Source: an uncultured Acidobacteriota bacterium (GTDB taxonomy: Bacteria; Acidobacteriota; Thermoanaerobaculia; Multivoradales; UBA5704). From it: DNA of 64,000 nt. The notes below the pieces were generated by a model. That model ran no database searches and was not told the origin of the DNA. It worked only from the letters and a program-made list of their open reading frames with translations. The stretch lies in NCBI GenBank assembly GCA_963795735.1, contig CAWCIU010000008.1, positions 1,751,836 through 1,815,835 on the forward strand. The letters run 5' to 3'. Every line of letters begins with the position of its first letter. Positions within the stretch are counted from its first letter, which is position 1. This document shows positions 44,490 through 54,288 of this stretch, in pieces. Position numbers and translations under genes: made by a program.

Positions 44490-47400
44490 ATGATCCATTT
44501 TTTACATTCCACCAGCTTCGGGAGACCTACCTTCGGTATCTGGACAGCCCTTTTCGCCTCAGGTATAAGGCACTGATGGAGGAGCGTCGCACTCTCCTTG
44601 ATCGGGATCGACAGCTCTACCGAGAACCTCTCTTTGAGCCAGTCGTGCCGTATGAGTCATCGAAATTGACCATGCGAGGTGCGTGTTCGCATCTCGGGGT
44701 TTCATCTGATGTCGCAGAGTATCTGGATACCGGTGGCCTCTTTCCGTCGAGTCGCGAACTCTTCCAGCATCAATTGGATGCTTGGGAATCTTCGCGCAAG
44801 GGTGATGCCGTGATCGTGACGACGGGTACAGGGTCCGGGAAGACGGAGTGCTATCTGCTCCCAGTGTTCGCCTACCTCGTTGAGGAATCGACAAGATGGG
44901 GTGCGCCATCGGCACGCTCGCCTCACTATCTCTGGTGGTCTCACCCACGGCAGCAACGTATCCCGCAGCGTGCCCACGACACTGGTCGAGCTAAGGCTCT
45001 TCGCGCACTTTTTTTGTACCCGCTTAATGCGCTTATCGAGGATCAGCTAGGGCGGATACGCACGGCTTGTGATGGTCCCAATGGACGGCGGTGGCTGACG
45101 AACTGCCGGGCCGGAAACCGTTTTTGGTTCGGGCGCTATACGGGTGCCACGCCTGTTTCGGGGCCCCAAACCAACGCTAAGCGACAAGAGTTGAAGCGGC
45201 GCCTGCAAGACATAGAAGATGAGTGGGATCGTGCCCGACTTTCCGCTGCCCGATCCGGTAACGATGACATTCTCTCCTATTTCCAAGACCCTGATGGAGC
45301 GGAAATGTGGTCTCGCTGGGATATGCAGGAGGATCCGCCGGACATTCTCATCACTAACTATAGCATGCTTAACATTATGTTAATGAGGAGCCTGGAGAGT
45401 GACGTATTCGACCAGACGAAGGCGTGGCTCGCGCAGGATCGCGACAGGAATGTGTTTCACCTCGTTGTGGATGAGCTCCATACCTATCGAGGCACACCCG
45501 GAACTGAAGTAGGCTATCTGCTTCGCGCATTGCTGCACCGCCTCGGCCTAACTCCGGACTCGCCGCAGCTTCGAATTATTGCGACAAGTGCTTCGATTGA
45601 TGCAAATGATCCAGGAAGTACCGAATATTTGGAGGAATTTTTTGGGAGAGACCCATTGACCTTCAAGATCATCGAAGGGAAGCGGACTGCCTTCTCAAGC
45701 GGAAGCGGCACGCGAAGTGCTCAGCCCTTCGTTGTCTTCGGACAGGGGCTCGAGGAAGGAACTCTCGCTACTGCCGTCGCACGCCTCGCGGCTGATACAG
45801 GTGTTATACCGCGAGAGTCGAGTCCCGAGCGTCGGCTGGCCGAGGTACTCAGCACCACCGGTGTTATGGAGCTGGTGCGTTGCGAAGGAGAGCAGGGACC
45901 ATTTACGAGCACGCGCCTTGGAGAGTCCCTCTTCGGGACAGATCCCGATGCAGGGGTAGCTACCCATGCCATAATTAGGGGGCTGATCCTCGCGCGGGAG
46001 GTACGGGGTGGGTTAGAAGTCGCTCCTCTTCCCCTCAGAGTACATTACTTTTTTCATAATGCTGGGCGGCTTTGGGTCTGCGTTAATCCACAGTGCTCTG
46101 GACGTACAGGGACCACGTCACCGGGTGCCGAGGTGCCTCCGGTTGGTAGACTCTATGTTGAGCCGCGGCCGCGCTGCGAAAACTGTAATGCCCGCGTACT
46201 CGAGCTTCTATATTGTCAGCCGTGTGGAGAGGTTTTTGTTGGTGGCTATCGTGCCGAAGATTGCAACATCAATAATGCATGGTTTCTATCGCCTGACTTT
46301 CCCGACCTGGAGCATGTCCCAGACCGGTCGACCTCACCAAAGAGGATTCACATTGAGTACCTTGTTTTCTGGCCCGCAAACGGGCGACCATTGGTGCGCA
46401 GTAATCATGCGGGCCCATCTTGGGGGTGGCAGCAAGACGGGCAGGCAGGCTATCAGTGGCGCCCGGCCTCGCTCGACATGGTGGAAGGCCGCCTCTCTCT
46501 AAGCCCGCCCCGGCGCTCCACTAGCCCATCCGAGATAGCAGGTTATGCCTTCATTGCTCCTTTGGCTCATGCCGATGCTTTTCCTGCAAAGTGTCCCCAC
46601 TGTGCGGCAAACTGGGGCAGGCGCCTTGGTGTTAAGTCTCCGATCCGAGATCTCGGATCTGGTTTTCAACGCATCATGCAGATTCTCGGCGACGCACTCG
46701 TACGTGAGATTCCTGAAGGACCGGGCCGGAAGCTGGTTCTTTTCTCAGATTCCCGACTTGATGCAGCGAAGCTCTCAACGGGGATCAAGCTCGCACATTA
46801 CAGGGATACTCTCCGCCAGATCGCATTTGAGACTCTTGGTACGGCGGGCACTGCGGCAAAGCGACTTCATCAGGAGAATCAGGAGATATCTCAGCAGGCG
46901 ATTGAGCTGTACGCCTTGCTACAGAAGCGGGAGGCGGAAGGCCTCTCCGACCGAGAGAATGCACGCCGGAAAGAGCTGATGAGCGCCCTTCCTGGAAGCA
47001 TCGTTGGGGATCTTACAAAGTACGCAGTGACAGGTGGAACTCCTCCCAATGTTCTCGTGCCTCCGGTGCCTCCTGGGGCTCTCATATTCATGCCCTTCCG
47101 ACAGCTCATCGATCTTGTACGTACGCAATTGTTCTCCAAGGGTATAAACCCGGGCGGCCCGTTGCCATCAGTCGCGACATACCAGCCTCAGCGAAGTGGA
47201 CCAAAAGCCTTGTGGACAAATCTTCTCGACTGGTCGACAGCTCAGCCAAACTATCAGGCCGGTCTGCAGCCTCTGGAGCGGAACCTTCAAGCGAGCATCG
47301 AGGTCTCTCTTCGCGAGAACGTTATATCCAGCGTTCTCTTTGCATCAGCGGCAAGAGACTTCGAGTCTCTGGGGCTCGGCTACTTGTGGACCAGCAACGT

Positions 47401-50020
47401 TCCTCCCTCAACTACGGTTCGGCAAGCAGCGGCAAGCGTCGTGCGTATTCTTGCGCAGAAGTGGCGTTGGACCGGGTCCGATGCCCAAGGCAGTGGCCAA
47501 GCGCCAGCCTACGTGACAAGCTACCTTGAAAAGGTCTCTATGTATCTTGGTATAACCGCAGGTGACCTGCAGCGTGATGTCGAAGATTCTCTGGGTCCTT
47601 GCCTGGACCAATGGCTCGTACGTCCCGATTCGATGATAGTTGTCAGTCCACGACCTCACCACGATGGCACGATTGATATGTATAGGTGCGGCCGTTGCGG
47701 TTGCTCACACCTTCATGCTTCGGGCGGGTTCTGCATCGCGTGCCATGCGACGTTGCCTGCTGGTCCAGTACGGCACGACGTGACCGGTACTCCAACAGAT
47801 TATTACGAGTACCTGGGGCGATGCCTGGAAAGGCCATTCCGTCTTAATTGCGAGGAGTTGACTGGCCAGACTAACCGAGTAGATCGGCGCCTGAGGCAGA
47901 GGCGATTCCAAGAAGTATTCATGGATGATGAAGTCGAGGTGGCAAGTGGCGTTGACCTTCTGAGCGTGACGACTACCATGGAAGCTGGTGTCGATATCGG
48001 CGCTTTGCAGGTAATCGCTCTGGCGAATATGCCGCCGGTCCGCTTCAACTATCAGCAACGAGTTGGGCGAGCAGGCCGGCGTGGGCTCGGGCTTTCCGCC
48101 GCTCTCACGCTATGCCGCGGAAGGAGCCATGACGACTACTACTTCGAGCGGCCTCACCTCATCACTGCCGAGCCGCCTCCTCGCCCGTACGTGGACGTGA
48201 GTAGGCCAGAAATCGCTCGACGCGTAATAAACAAGGAGCTGTTGCAGCGCGCCTTTGCAACCCTGAATCTTCCGTACAGCGGAGACAATGTCCACGGCGA
48301 GTTCGGTTTGGTATTGGATTGGCCGGGCTATCGTGGTCAGGTCTTGGCATGGGTTAACGCCAATAGCCGGATGGTGGAAGATATCTGCCAAGTTATTTTG
48401 CGGCGCACTAAATTAAACTCGGCAGCGGCTTTCGCCTCTATAGTCCGCCATGTTACCAATGATTTGATTTCCCAGATAGACCACGTTGCGCAGAATAGTC
48501 TCGGCCACGACGCTCTCAGCGAACGACTTGCTTCTCACGGCGTGCTTCCTATGTTTGGGTTCCCGACCCGAGTTCGTTACTTATTCCACGGGGGGCCGCC
48601 TCGTGCCGATGCCGGCTGGCCTCCTGAACGCGGCGTCGTTGACCGGCAACTCGACATTGCTATTAGCCAGTTCGCTCCCGGAGCGCAAACTGTGAAAGAC
48701 GACCAACTTCTAACATCCGTCGGCGTAGTCAACTACTACCCCTCTGGACGAGCCATTGTCACAACTCCGAATCCGCTTGGGGACTTTGTACCGGTAGGTG
48801 TCTGCCGAAGGTGCCAAGCGTTGGTGGAAGATCCGGCACCGGTCGGAGGTTGCCCGTACTGCACTGCCCCTCGCGGCAAGGACGACTATAGGACGGTAAA
48901 TCTCTCCGAGCCTCCCGGGTTCATGACTTGGTGGTCCGTCGAAGCGGAGTACAACGGTGTTTTCGAGTTTACACCGCGTGCACTCAGGGCTCGAATGGGC
49001 CGTGCGCCAGGAAATCCTGCTAGGCTCCAAAACTTTGAGGTCGACCAAGGACCAGCGCGAATTCACCGCATTAACGACAACGGCGGCGAAGACTTTCTCT
49101 TTCAGAAAATTGCCGTCGGCGACATCTGGATAGTTGATCAGGCGTTTCAGCGAGCCCTCCAAGATCTCCCTGCCGATCGGCAGCGAGCCATCCCCCCGCC
49201 TCAGTATGACAGGTCCGCTGCGCCGCTCACTCGTGCTCTTGCATCGATCGGCAGCACCGACGTGCTTGTGGCAGGCATTCAGAGCGTTCCCGTTGGTATC
49301 ACCTTGAATCCTGCCAATCCGGAGTCGCGGGCGGCCTGGTACTCTTTCGGCTTCTTCTTACGAAGGGCCGCAGCGGTTGTTCTTGACGTGGCAGAAGCCG
49401 AGCTCGACGTTGGCATTCAGCCCATGATGGACATGCAGACGCCCTTCGCGCCGCCTTCTGCGCGCATCTTTATGTCCGACAGCTTGGAGAACGGGGCAGG
49501 CTATAGCACACACCTCGGAGAACCTTCAAGGTTCGAGGAACTTCTCCGCTTCATGATGGGGCAGGGAACATCGGGCGCATCAAAAGAATTTTTCGACCCG
49601 CTTGTCGGTACTCCTCATGAACACGAATGCTCAAGCTCCTGCCATCGTTGTCTGCGTGACTATGGCAATATGCCGTATCATCCGCTTCTCGATTGGCGTC
49701 TCGGGCTGGATATGGTCCGCCTCGCTCTGGATCATGCCGCGCCGATGGACCTGTCGCAGCCATACTGGGACAGCCTCTTGCAACGTACGGCTCCTCCATA
49801 CTTTAAGGGATTGAACTATACACAGACTACCCTCGCTAACCTACCGGCTGGCTACGACCCAGGGACGGGCGATGTCGTTATTCTCATCCACCCGCTCTGG
49901 GATCGTGATCCCGCTAATCTCCGGCCTGAGATTGTTGCGGCTGTAGCACAAGCGGAATCGCGGGGGTGGCGCTGGAAGCTCCAGACCATCTTCCGAGCAG
50001 TCCGGTTCCCCTACGAATAG
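44486..50020 (+). CDS. 1844-aa DEXH helicase with C-terminal DUF1998/MZB domain; DruE-like (Druantia) defence helicase
   Basis: Walker A VIVTTGTGSGKTECYLLP, DEXH VVDELHTYRGTPGTE, helicase C motifs (QQRVGRAGRRG), C-terminal Cys cluster CSSSCHRCLRDYGNMPYH. Homologous to the MrfA-like helicase at 410..3574. Confidence 0.75.
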   Translation: MNDPFFTFHQLRETYLRYLDSPFRLRYKALMEERRTLLDRDRQLYREPLFEPVVPYESSKLTMRGACSHLGVSSDVAEYLDTGGLFPSSRELFQHQLDAWESSRKGDAVIVTTGTGSGKTECYLLPVFAYLVEESTRWGAPSARSPHYLWWSHPRQQRIPQRAHDTGRAKALRALFLYPLNALIEDQLGRIRTACDGPNGRRWLTNCRAGNRFWFGRYTGATPVSGPQTNAKRQELKRRLQDIEDEWDRARLSAARSGNDDILSYFQDPDGAEMWSRWDMQEDPPDILITNYSMLNIMLMRSLESDVFDQTKAWLAQDRDRNVFHLVVDELHTYRGTPGTEVGYLLRALLHRLGLTPDSPQLRIIATSASIDANDPGSTEYLEEFFGRDPLTFKIIEGKRTAFSSGSGTRSAQPFVVFGQGLEEGTLATAVARLAADTGVIPRESSPERRLAEVLSTTGVMELVRCEGEQGPFTSTRLGESLFGTDPDAGVATHAIIRGLILAREVRGGLEVAPLPLRVHYFFHNAGRLWVCVNPQCSGRTGTTSPGAEVPPVGRLYVEPRPRCENCNARVLELLYCQPCGEVFVGGYRAEDCNINNAWFLSPDFPDLEHVPDRSTSPKRIHIEYLVFWPANGRPLVRSNHAGPSWGWQQDGQAGYQWRPASLDMVEGRLSLSPPRRSTSPSEIAGYAFIAPLAHADAFPAKCPHCAANWGRRLGVKSPIRDLGSGFQRIMQILGDALVREIPEGPGRKLVLFSDSRLDAAKLSTGIKLAHYRDTLRQIAFETLGTAGTAAKRLHQENQEISQQAIELYALLQKREAEGLSDRENARRKELMSALPGSIVGDLTKYAVTGGTPPNVLVPPVPPGALIFMPFRQLIDLVRTQLFSKGINPGGPLPSVATYQPQRSGPKALWTNLLDWSTAQPNYQAGLQPLERNLQASIEVSLRENVISSVLFASAARDFESLGLGYLWTSNVPPSTTVRQAAASVVRILAQKWRWTGSDAQGSGQAPAYVTSYLEKVSMYLGITAGDLQRDVEDSLGPCLDQWLVRPDSMIVVSPRPHHDGTIDMYRCGRCGCSHLHASGGFCIACHATLPAGPVRHDVTGTPTDYYEYLGRCLERPFRLNCEELTGQTNRVDRRLRQRRFQEVFMDDEVEVASGVDLLSVTTTMEAGVDIGALQVIALANMPPVRFNYQQRVGRAGRRGLGLSAALTLCRGRSHDDYYFERPHLITAEPPPRPYVDVSRPEIARRVINKELLQRAFATLNLPYSGDNVHGEFGLVLDWPGYRGQVLAWVNANSRMVEDICQVILRRTKLNSAAAFASIVRHVTNDLISQIDHVAQNSLGHDALSERLASHGVLPMFGFPTRVRYLFHGGPPRADAGWPPERGVVDRQLDIAISQFAPGAQTVKDDQLLTSVGVVNYYPSGRAIVTTPNPLGDFVPVGVCRRCQALVEDPAPVGGCPYCTAPRGKDDYRTVNLSEPPGFMTWWSVEAEYNGVFEFTPRALRARMGRAPGNPARLQNFEVDQGPARIHRINDNGGEDFLFQKIAVGDIWIVDQAFQRALQDLPADRQRAIPPPQYDRSAAPLTRALASIGSTDVLVAGIQSVPVGITLNPANPESRAAWYSFGFFLRRAAAVVLDVAEAELDVGIQPMMDMQTPFAPPSARIFMSDSLENGAGYSTHLGEPSRFEELLRFMMGQGTSGASKEFFDPLVGTPHEHECSSSCHRCLRDYGNMPYHPLLDWRLGLDMVRLALDHAAPMDLSQPYWDSLLQRTAPPYFKGLNYTQTTLANLPAGYDPGTGDVVILIHPLWDRDPANLRPEIVAAVAQAESRGWRWKLQTIFRAVRFPYE

Positions 50021-50550
50021 AGAGATTAGGGCGTCACAGGCTAGCCGTCACGTTATTAAAATGCTTAGCAGTTTGAAGAACGATTTAGAATAGGGACGAG
50101 ATGCCGCGCATTCCCTCGGGGCAGCGTGGGTTCTAGCCTGCTGACCGAAGGCCCGCAACCGCCCGTCTACTTGGAAGCCGCGGGAGCCCGGAAGAGATCG
50201 GGGGAGACGGGCCCGGTCTTCACGGAGAGGAACTGGTTTTCCCGGGTGATCTCGCCGTTCGAGGTCTCCCAGGCGCGGACGGGGAATCCCTCGGCGAGGG
50301 CGTTAGGCATTGAAAGCGGTGGGCGGCTTGCCCTGGGACCGCTCGAGGAAGGCCATGAACCGGGAGAGCAGGCCCTGCCGGTCCCGCAGGTCGGCGACGA
50401 GGCCGGCCGGCAGGTTCAGCGATCTGGCGGAGGACAGGCAGAACGCGCGGGCCGGCTGCCCTTCCCGGCGGAGCTCGAAGTCGGAGCCGGCGAATCCGTG
50501 CTCGACACTCTGGACTTCCAGAAGTAGACTAACTTAGTCCAGGAGATCTC

Positions 50551-50787
50551 ATGGGAGTCTACAACGTTCACGAAGCCAAGACCCACCTCTCCCGTCTGCT
50601 CGAGCGGGTGGCCGAGGGAGAAGAGATCATCATCGCGAAGAGTGGCCGGCCGGTCGCCAAGCTGGTGCGCGTGGCGGTCGAGCCGCGCCGGCCCGGACGG
50701 CTGAAGGACCGCATCCGGGTCGGCCCCGATTTCGACGATCCCCTTCCGGAGGAGGTCCTGGCCGCTTTCGGCGGGGACAAGGAGTGA
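50551..50787 (+). CDS. Phd/YefM-family antitoxin
   Basis: MGVYNVHEAKTHLSRLLERVAEGEEIIIAKSGRPVAKLV is typical Phd/YefM. Confidence 0.75.
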   Translation: MGVYNVHEAKTHLSRLLERVAEGEEIIIAKSGRPVAKLVRVAVEPRRPGRLKDRIRVGPDFDDPLPEEVLAAFGGDKE

Positions 50788-51164
50788 GGCTCCTCCTGGA
50801 CAGCCATGCCTTCCTCTGGTGGCTCGCCGAGGACCCGAAGCTCAGCGCCGGAGCCCGGGAGGCGGTCGCCGATCCCTCGTCGATCGTCCATGTCAGCGCC
50901 GCGAGCGTCTGGGAGCTTGCGATCAAGGCGTCTCTCGGGAAGCTGGATCTCGACGGCGCGGACCTGGTGGAGGAGATCGAGGAGAATGACTTCGTCGAGC
51001 TCCCCATGAGGGCGAGGCACTCGCTCGCCGCCGCCACCTTGCCCCGCCATCACGAAGACCCCTTCGATCGCATGCTGATCGCCCAGGCTCAAGTGGAAGG
51101 CCTGACGGTCGTCACCCGCGATCCCGCCTTTCGGGCCTATGGGGTCGCCATCCTTCCGACCTGA
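50784..51164 (+). CDS. vapC: PIN-domain toxin VapC
   Basis: GTG start overlapping the antitoxin stop (GTGA). LLDSHAFLWW...ASVWELAIK...PFDRMLIAQA is typical VapC. Confidence 0.75.
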   Translation: MRLLLDSHAFLWWLAEDPKLSAGAREAVADPSSIVHVSAASVWELAIKASLGKLDLDGADLVEEIEENDFVELPMRARHSLAAATLPRHHEDPFDRMLIAQAQVEGLTVVTRDPAFRAYGVAILPT

Positions 51165-51229
51165 GCGCCAGGACGACGCGCCGGCGGAACCCGTCAGGCC
51201 GACAGCTCCCGCTTGCGGGCTTCCAGCTC

Positions 51230-51760
51230 TTCCATTCCAGCGGTGCCCCCCTGGATCTCCGTCATCGCCCTCTCTGCGCGCGCCATTGCCCTCCAGGCGT
51301 GCGCCTTCACCAACCAGGGGGACCTCATTGCCCTCTGGTGGTGCGTCATCGCCCTCTGGTTTTTCCTTCCGGCCCCCTGGTTTTGCGGGGTTGCCCACTG
51401 GAAATTCGACCCGGCCCTCTGGGTTGGCGGCTCCGCCCTTTAGTTTGATGGCTCCGCCCTCTGGTTTGACGGCGTGCCCCCTTCAGTCCGCGATACGTAA
51501 ACCCAGAGGGCCGCATCGCAAATCCAAGGGGCCGGCTCGAATTTCCAGGGGGCAGAGCCGCCGTCTCGTGGGGCGGAGCCGTAACCTCAGGGGGCCGATA
51601 CCGCAAACCAGGGGGCCGGGCTGGAAAAGCAAGGGGCGCGGCCGGAAATCCAATGGGCGCAGCCGGAAAACCAGGGGGCACGGCGGCCGCTCGGGTTCGC
51701 GCTGCGGGATTTCCAGGGGGCGCACCGGTCCTGGGGTCCCGGAGGAGGCCGCGCGGCCGC
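51230..51760. repeat. ~530-bp composite repeat: left array of ~11 x 21-bp units (cGGCnnnGCCCTCTGGTTTnA) and right array of ~11 units in inverted orientation (TnAAACCAGGGGGCnnnGCCg), centre near 51490
   Basis: Seen directly: ...cggctccgccctctggtttga... | ...aaacccagagggccg, aaatccaaggggccgg, atttccagggggcag, aaaccagggggccggg, gaaaaccagggggcacgg... 21-bp periodicity on both arms. Confidence 0.75.
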
Positions 51761-51827
51761 CGGCGTTTCCCCCTGGCGGCTCGCCCAGGCGGCTCCCGGG
51801 CACCGGGTTCGATAAAGGAGGAGAGAG

Positions 51828-52073
51828 ATGAAGATCAAGAAGATCGTCCGTTTTGCCGCGCTGCTCGGAGTGGTGTCCCTGGCGGCGGGCTCGAGCGTCC
51901 CGTGGGCCTGGGCGGGAGGCTGGTGCCGGATCTGGTGCGACAACGGCATCACCGTCCAGGGAGACTCCAGCTCATTCGAGGAGTGCCAGGCGTCCTTCGC
52001 GGGGAACTGCAACCAGCAGGGAACCTACGGCGGGACCTTCTGCTACCAAGGCTCTCCCTGCCAGACGTACTGA
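51828..52073 (+). CDS. small secreted cysteine-rich peptide (81 aa; signal peptide + 52-aa mature region with 6 Cys)
   Basis: Strong RBS aaaggaggagagag plus ATG. MKIKKIVRFAALLGVVSLAAGSSVPWAWA, then GGWCRIWCDNG...CQTY. Confidence 0.55.
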   Translation: MKIKKIVRFAALLGVVSLAAGSSVPWAWAGGWCRIWCDNGITVQGDSSSFEECQASFAGNCNQQGTYGGTFCYQGSPCQTY

Positions 52074-52484
52074 ATGCCGGATTACAGGAAAGGCGACCGC
52101 CTGCGCTGGGAGGGAACGGAGTACCGCGTCCTGGACGAAGGCGTGGGAGGGGAGCCGGGGGAGGGGAGAGGGTCCTTCTACGTGCTCCGGGCGGTGGACA
52201 ACGCTCTCGACACGCTCCGGGTCCCCGTCCGGGAGCTGGAGGCCCTGGGAGAGGAGGCCGGGAGGATTCTCCTGCGGATGGCCGGGGGCGCCGCGCTCCA
52301 GTGCCGGCAGACGGCTGGCGGCTGCAGCTTCTGGTTTCTGGACGGCTCGGTCGTCGGCGAGGGCGGGCCCTGGGAGCTGCTGGGCCGGCGATTGATCACG
52401 GCCGTTGCCGGAGCCGAGCCCCTAGCCCTGACGGAACGGGGCCGCGCGGTCGCCGGACGGCTCCAGGGGGAGGAAGGGGCGTAA
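52074..52484 (+). CDS. hypothetical protein (136 aa), translationally coupled to the Cys-rich peptide gene (TGAATG)
   Basis: The ATG lies immediately after the upstream TGA. No recognisable domain. Confidence 0.4.
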   Translation: MPDYRKGDRLRWEGTEYRVLDEGVGGEPGEGRGSFYVLRAVDNALDTLRVPVRELEALGEEAGRILLRMAGGAALQCRQTAGGCSFWFLDGSVVGEGGPWELLGRRLITAVAGAEPLALTERGRAVAGRLQGEEGA

Positions 52485-52504
52485 AGGGACATAAGGGACA
52501 GCAG

Positions 52505-52555
52505 GGACAGCAGGGACTTTTCTGGGGTCCCTGAAGTCCCTGCTGTCCCTTGGGT
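52505..52555. terminator. bidirectional hairpin between convergent genes (stem agggacagcagggac / gtccctgctgtccct, 15 bp)
   Basis: Perfect inverted repeat seen between 52074..52484(+) and 52569..53549(-). A T-run sits in the loop region. Confidence 0.55.
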
Positions 52556-52568
52556 CCCTTGTTTCTTC

Positions 52569-53549
<981 letters not shown>

Positions 53550-53641
53550 GGCGGGGATCGTAGCAGGGGAGGGTGGGGGCGGGCGACCGATACCCCGATG
53601 CAGGACGCTTCATGATCCCGGACGGCTCCGTGCCGCCGCGG

Positions 53642-53796
53642 CCCTCATCACCCCGGCCCTCTTCTCCCAGCCTCCCCCCCTTCCGCCGGGAGAAGGGGGA
53701 GTGGTTAGTCTGAAAAAAGACCAGAGCTTTTTGAGCCCCCTCTCTCCCGGCGGCGGGGGGGAGGTGGGAGAGAGGGGGTTGGGGGAGTGAGGGGCC
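53642..53796. repeat. Empty MITE/RPE-like element: forward unit 53642-53708, reverse unit ~53736-53796, 27-bp spacer
   Basis: ccctcatcaccccggccctcttctcccagcctcccccccttccgccgggagaagggggagtggttag ... ccccctctctcccggcggcggggggggaggtgggagagagggggttgggggagtgaggggcc. Confidence 0.75.
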
Positions 53797-54132
53797 TCAC
53801 GCCGTCAGGTCGTCGACCGCCGCCTCGGGGGCGTTCTTCTTGACCGATTCGAGCCCCTTCTCCATGGATTCGGGGGAGGAGTAGGTCTCGCTCTGGCCGA
53901 TCACCTGGCCGTTGTAGGCCTTGAGAACGAAGTAGGCTTCGCCGTTCTTGGCCGTCTTGCGCTCGTAGCGCTCGGCGATCGGGGCGCTGCGCTTGACCGA
54001 TTCGATGCCGCCCAGGGCGCCGCGCTTCTCGGTATAGAGCTCGCTCGCCAGGATCACCTCTCCATTGTCCGCCTTGAGATGGAACAGGTACTGCTTGTCG
54101 GTGGACATCTTCAGCTCGAACTTTCCAGCCAT
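53797..54132 (-). CDS. YegP/DUF1508 (UPF0339) family protein
   Basis: Two tandem ~50-aa repeats: KFELKMSTDKQYLFHLKADNGEVILASELYTEKRGALGGIESVK and AYFVLKAYNGQVIGQSETYSSPESMEKGLESVK. Confidence 0.75.
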   Translation of the reverse strand: MAGKFELKMSTDKQYLFHLKADNGEVILASELYTEKRGALGGIESVKRSAPIAERYERKTAKNGEAYFVLKAYNGQVIGQSETYSSPESMEKGLESVKKNAPEAAVDDLTA

Positions 54133-54288
54133 CTCGTTCTCCTCGTTCCACTGTGGATAGACAGCCGCCGGGGGCGGGCCCGCGGTGCCGGCTGCCGGTG
54201 CTTACGGAATCTCTGAAGACATGGTACCCCATCCGTCTCCGGGACGGGGAAGATCGGGTCAGGGGCCCCTAGGGCTGTTCCGTCGCGC

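Noticed and set aside
50126-50527. 133-aa plus-strand ORF between the island and the Phd antitoxin gene
   Set aside because: Low-complexity product with no RBS context. The region is more plausibly the antisense of a disrupted minus-strand gene remnant, itself only a low-confidence call.
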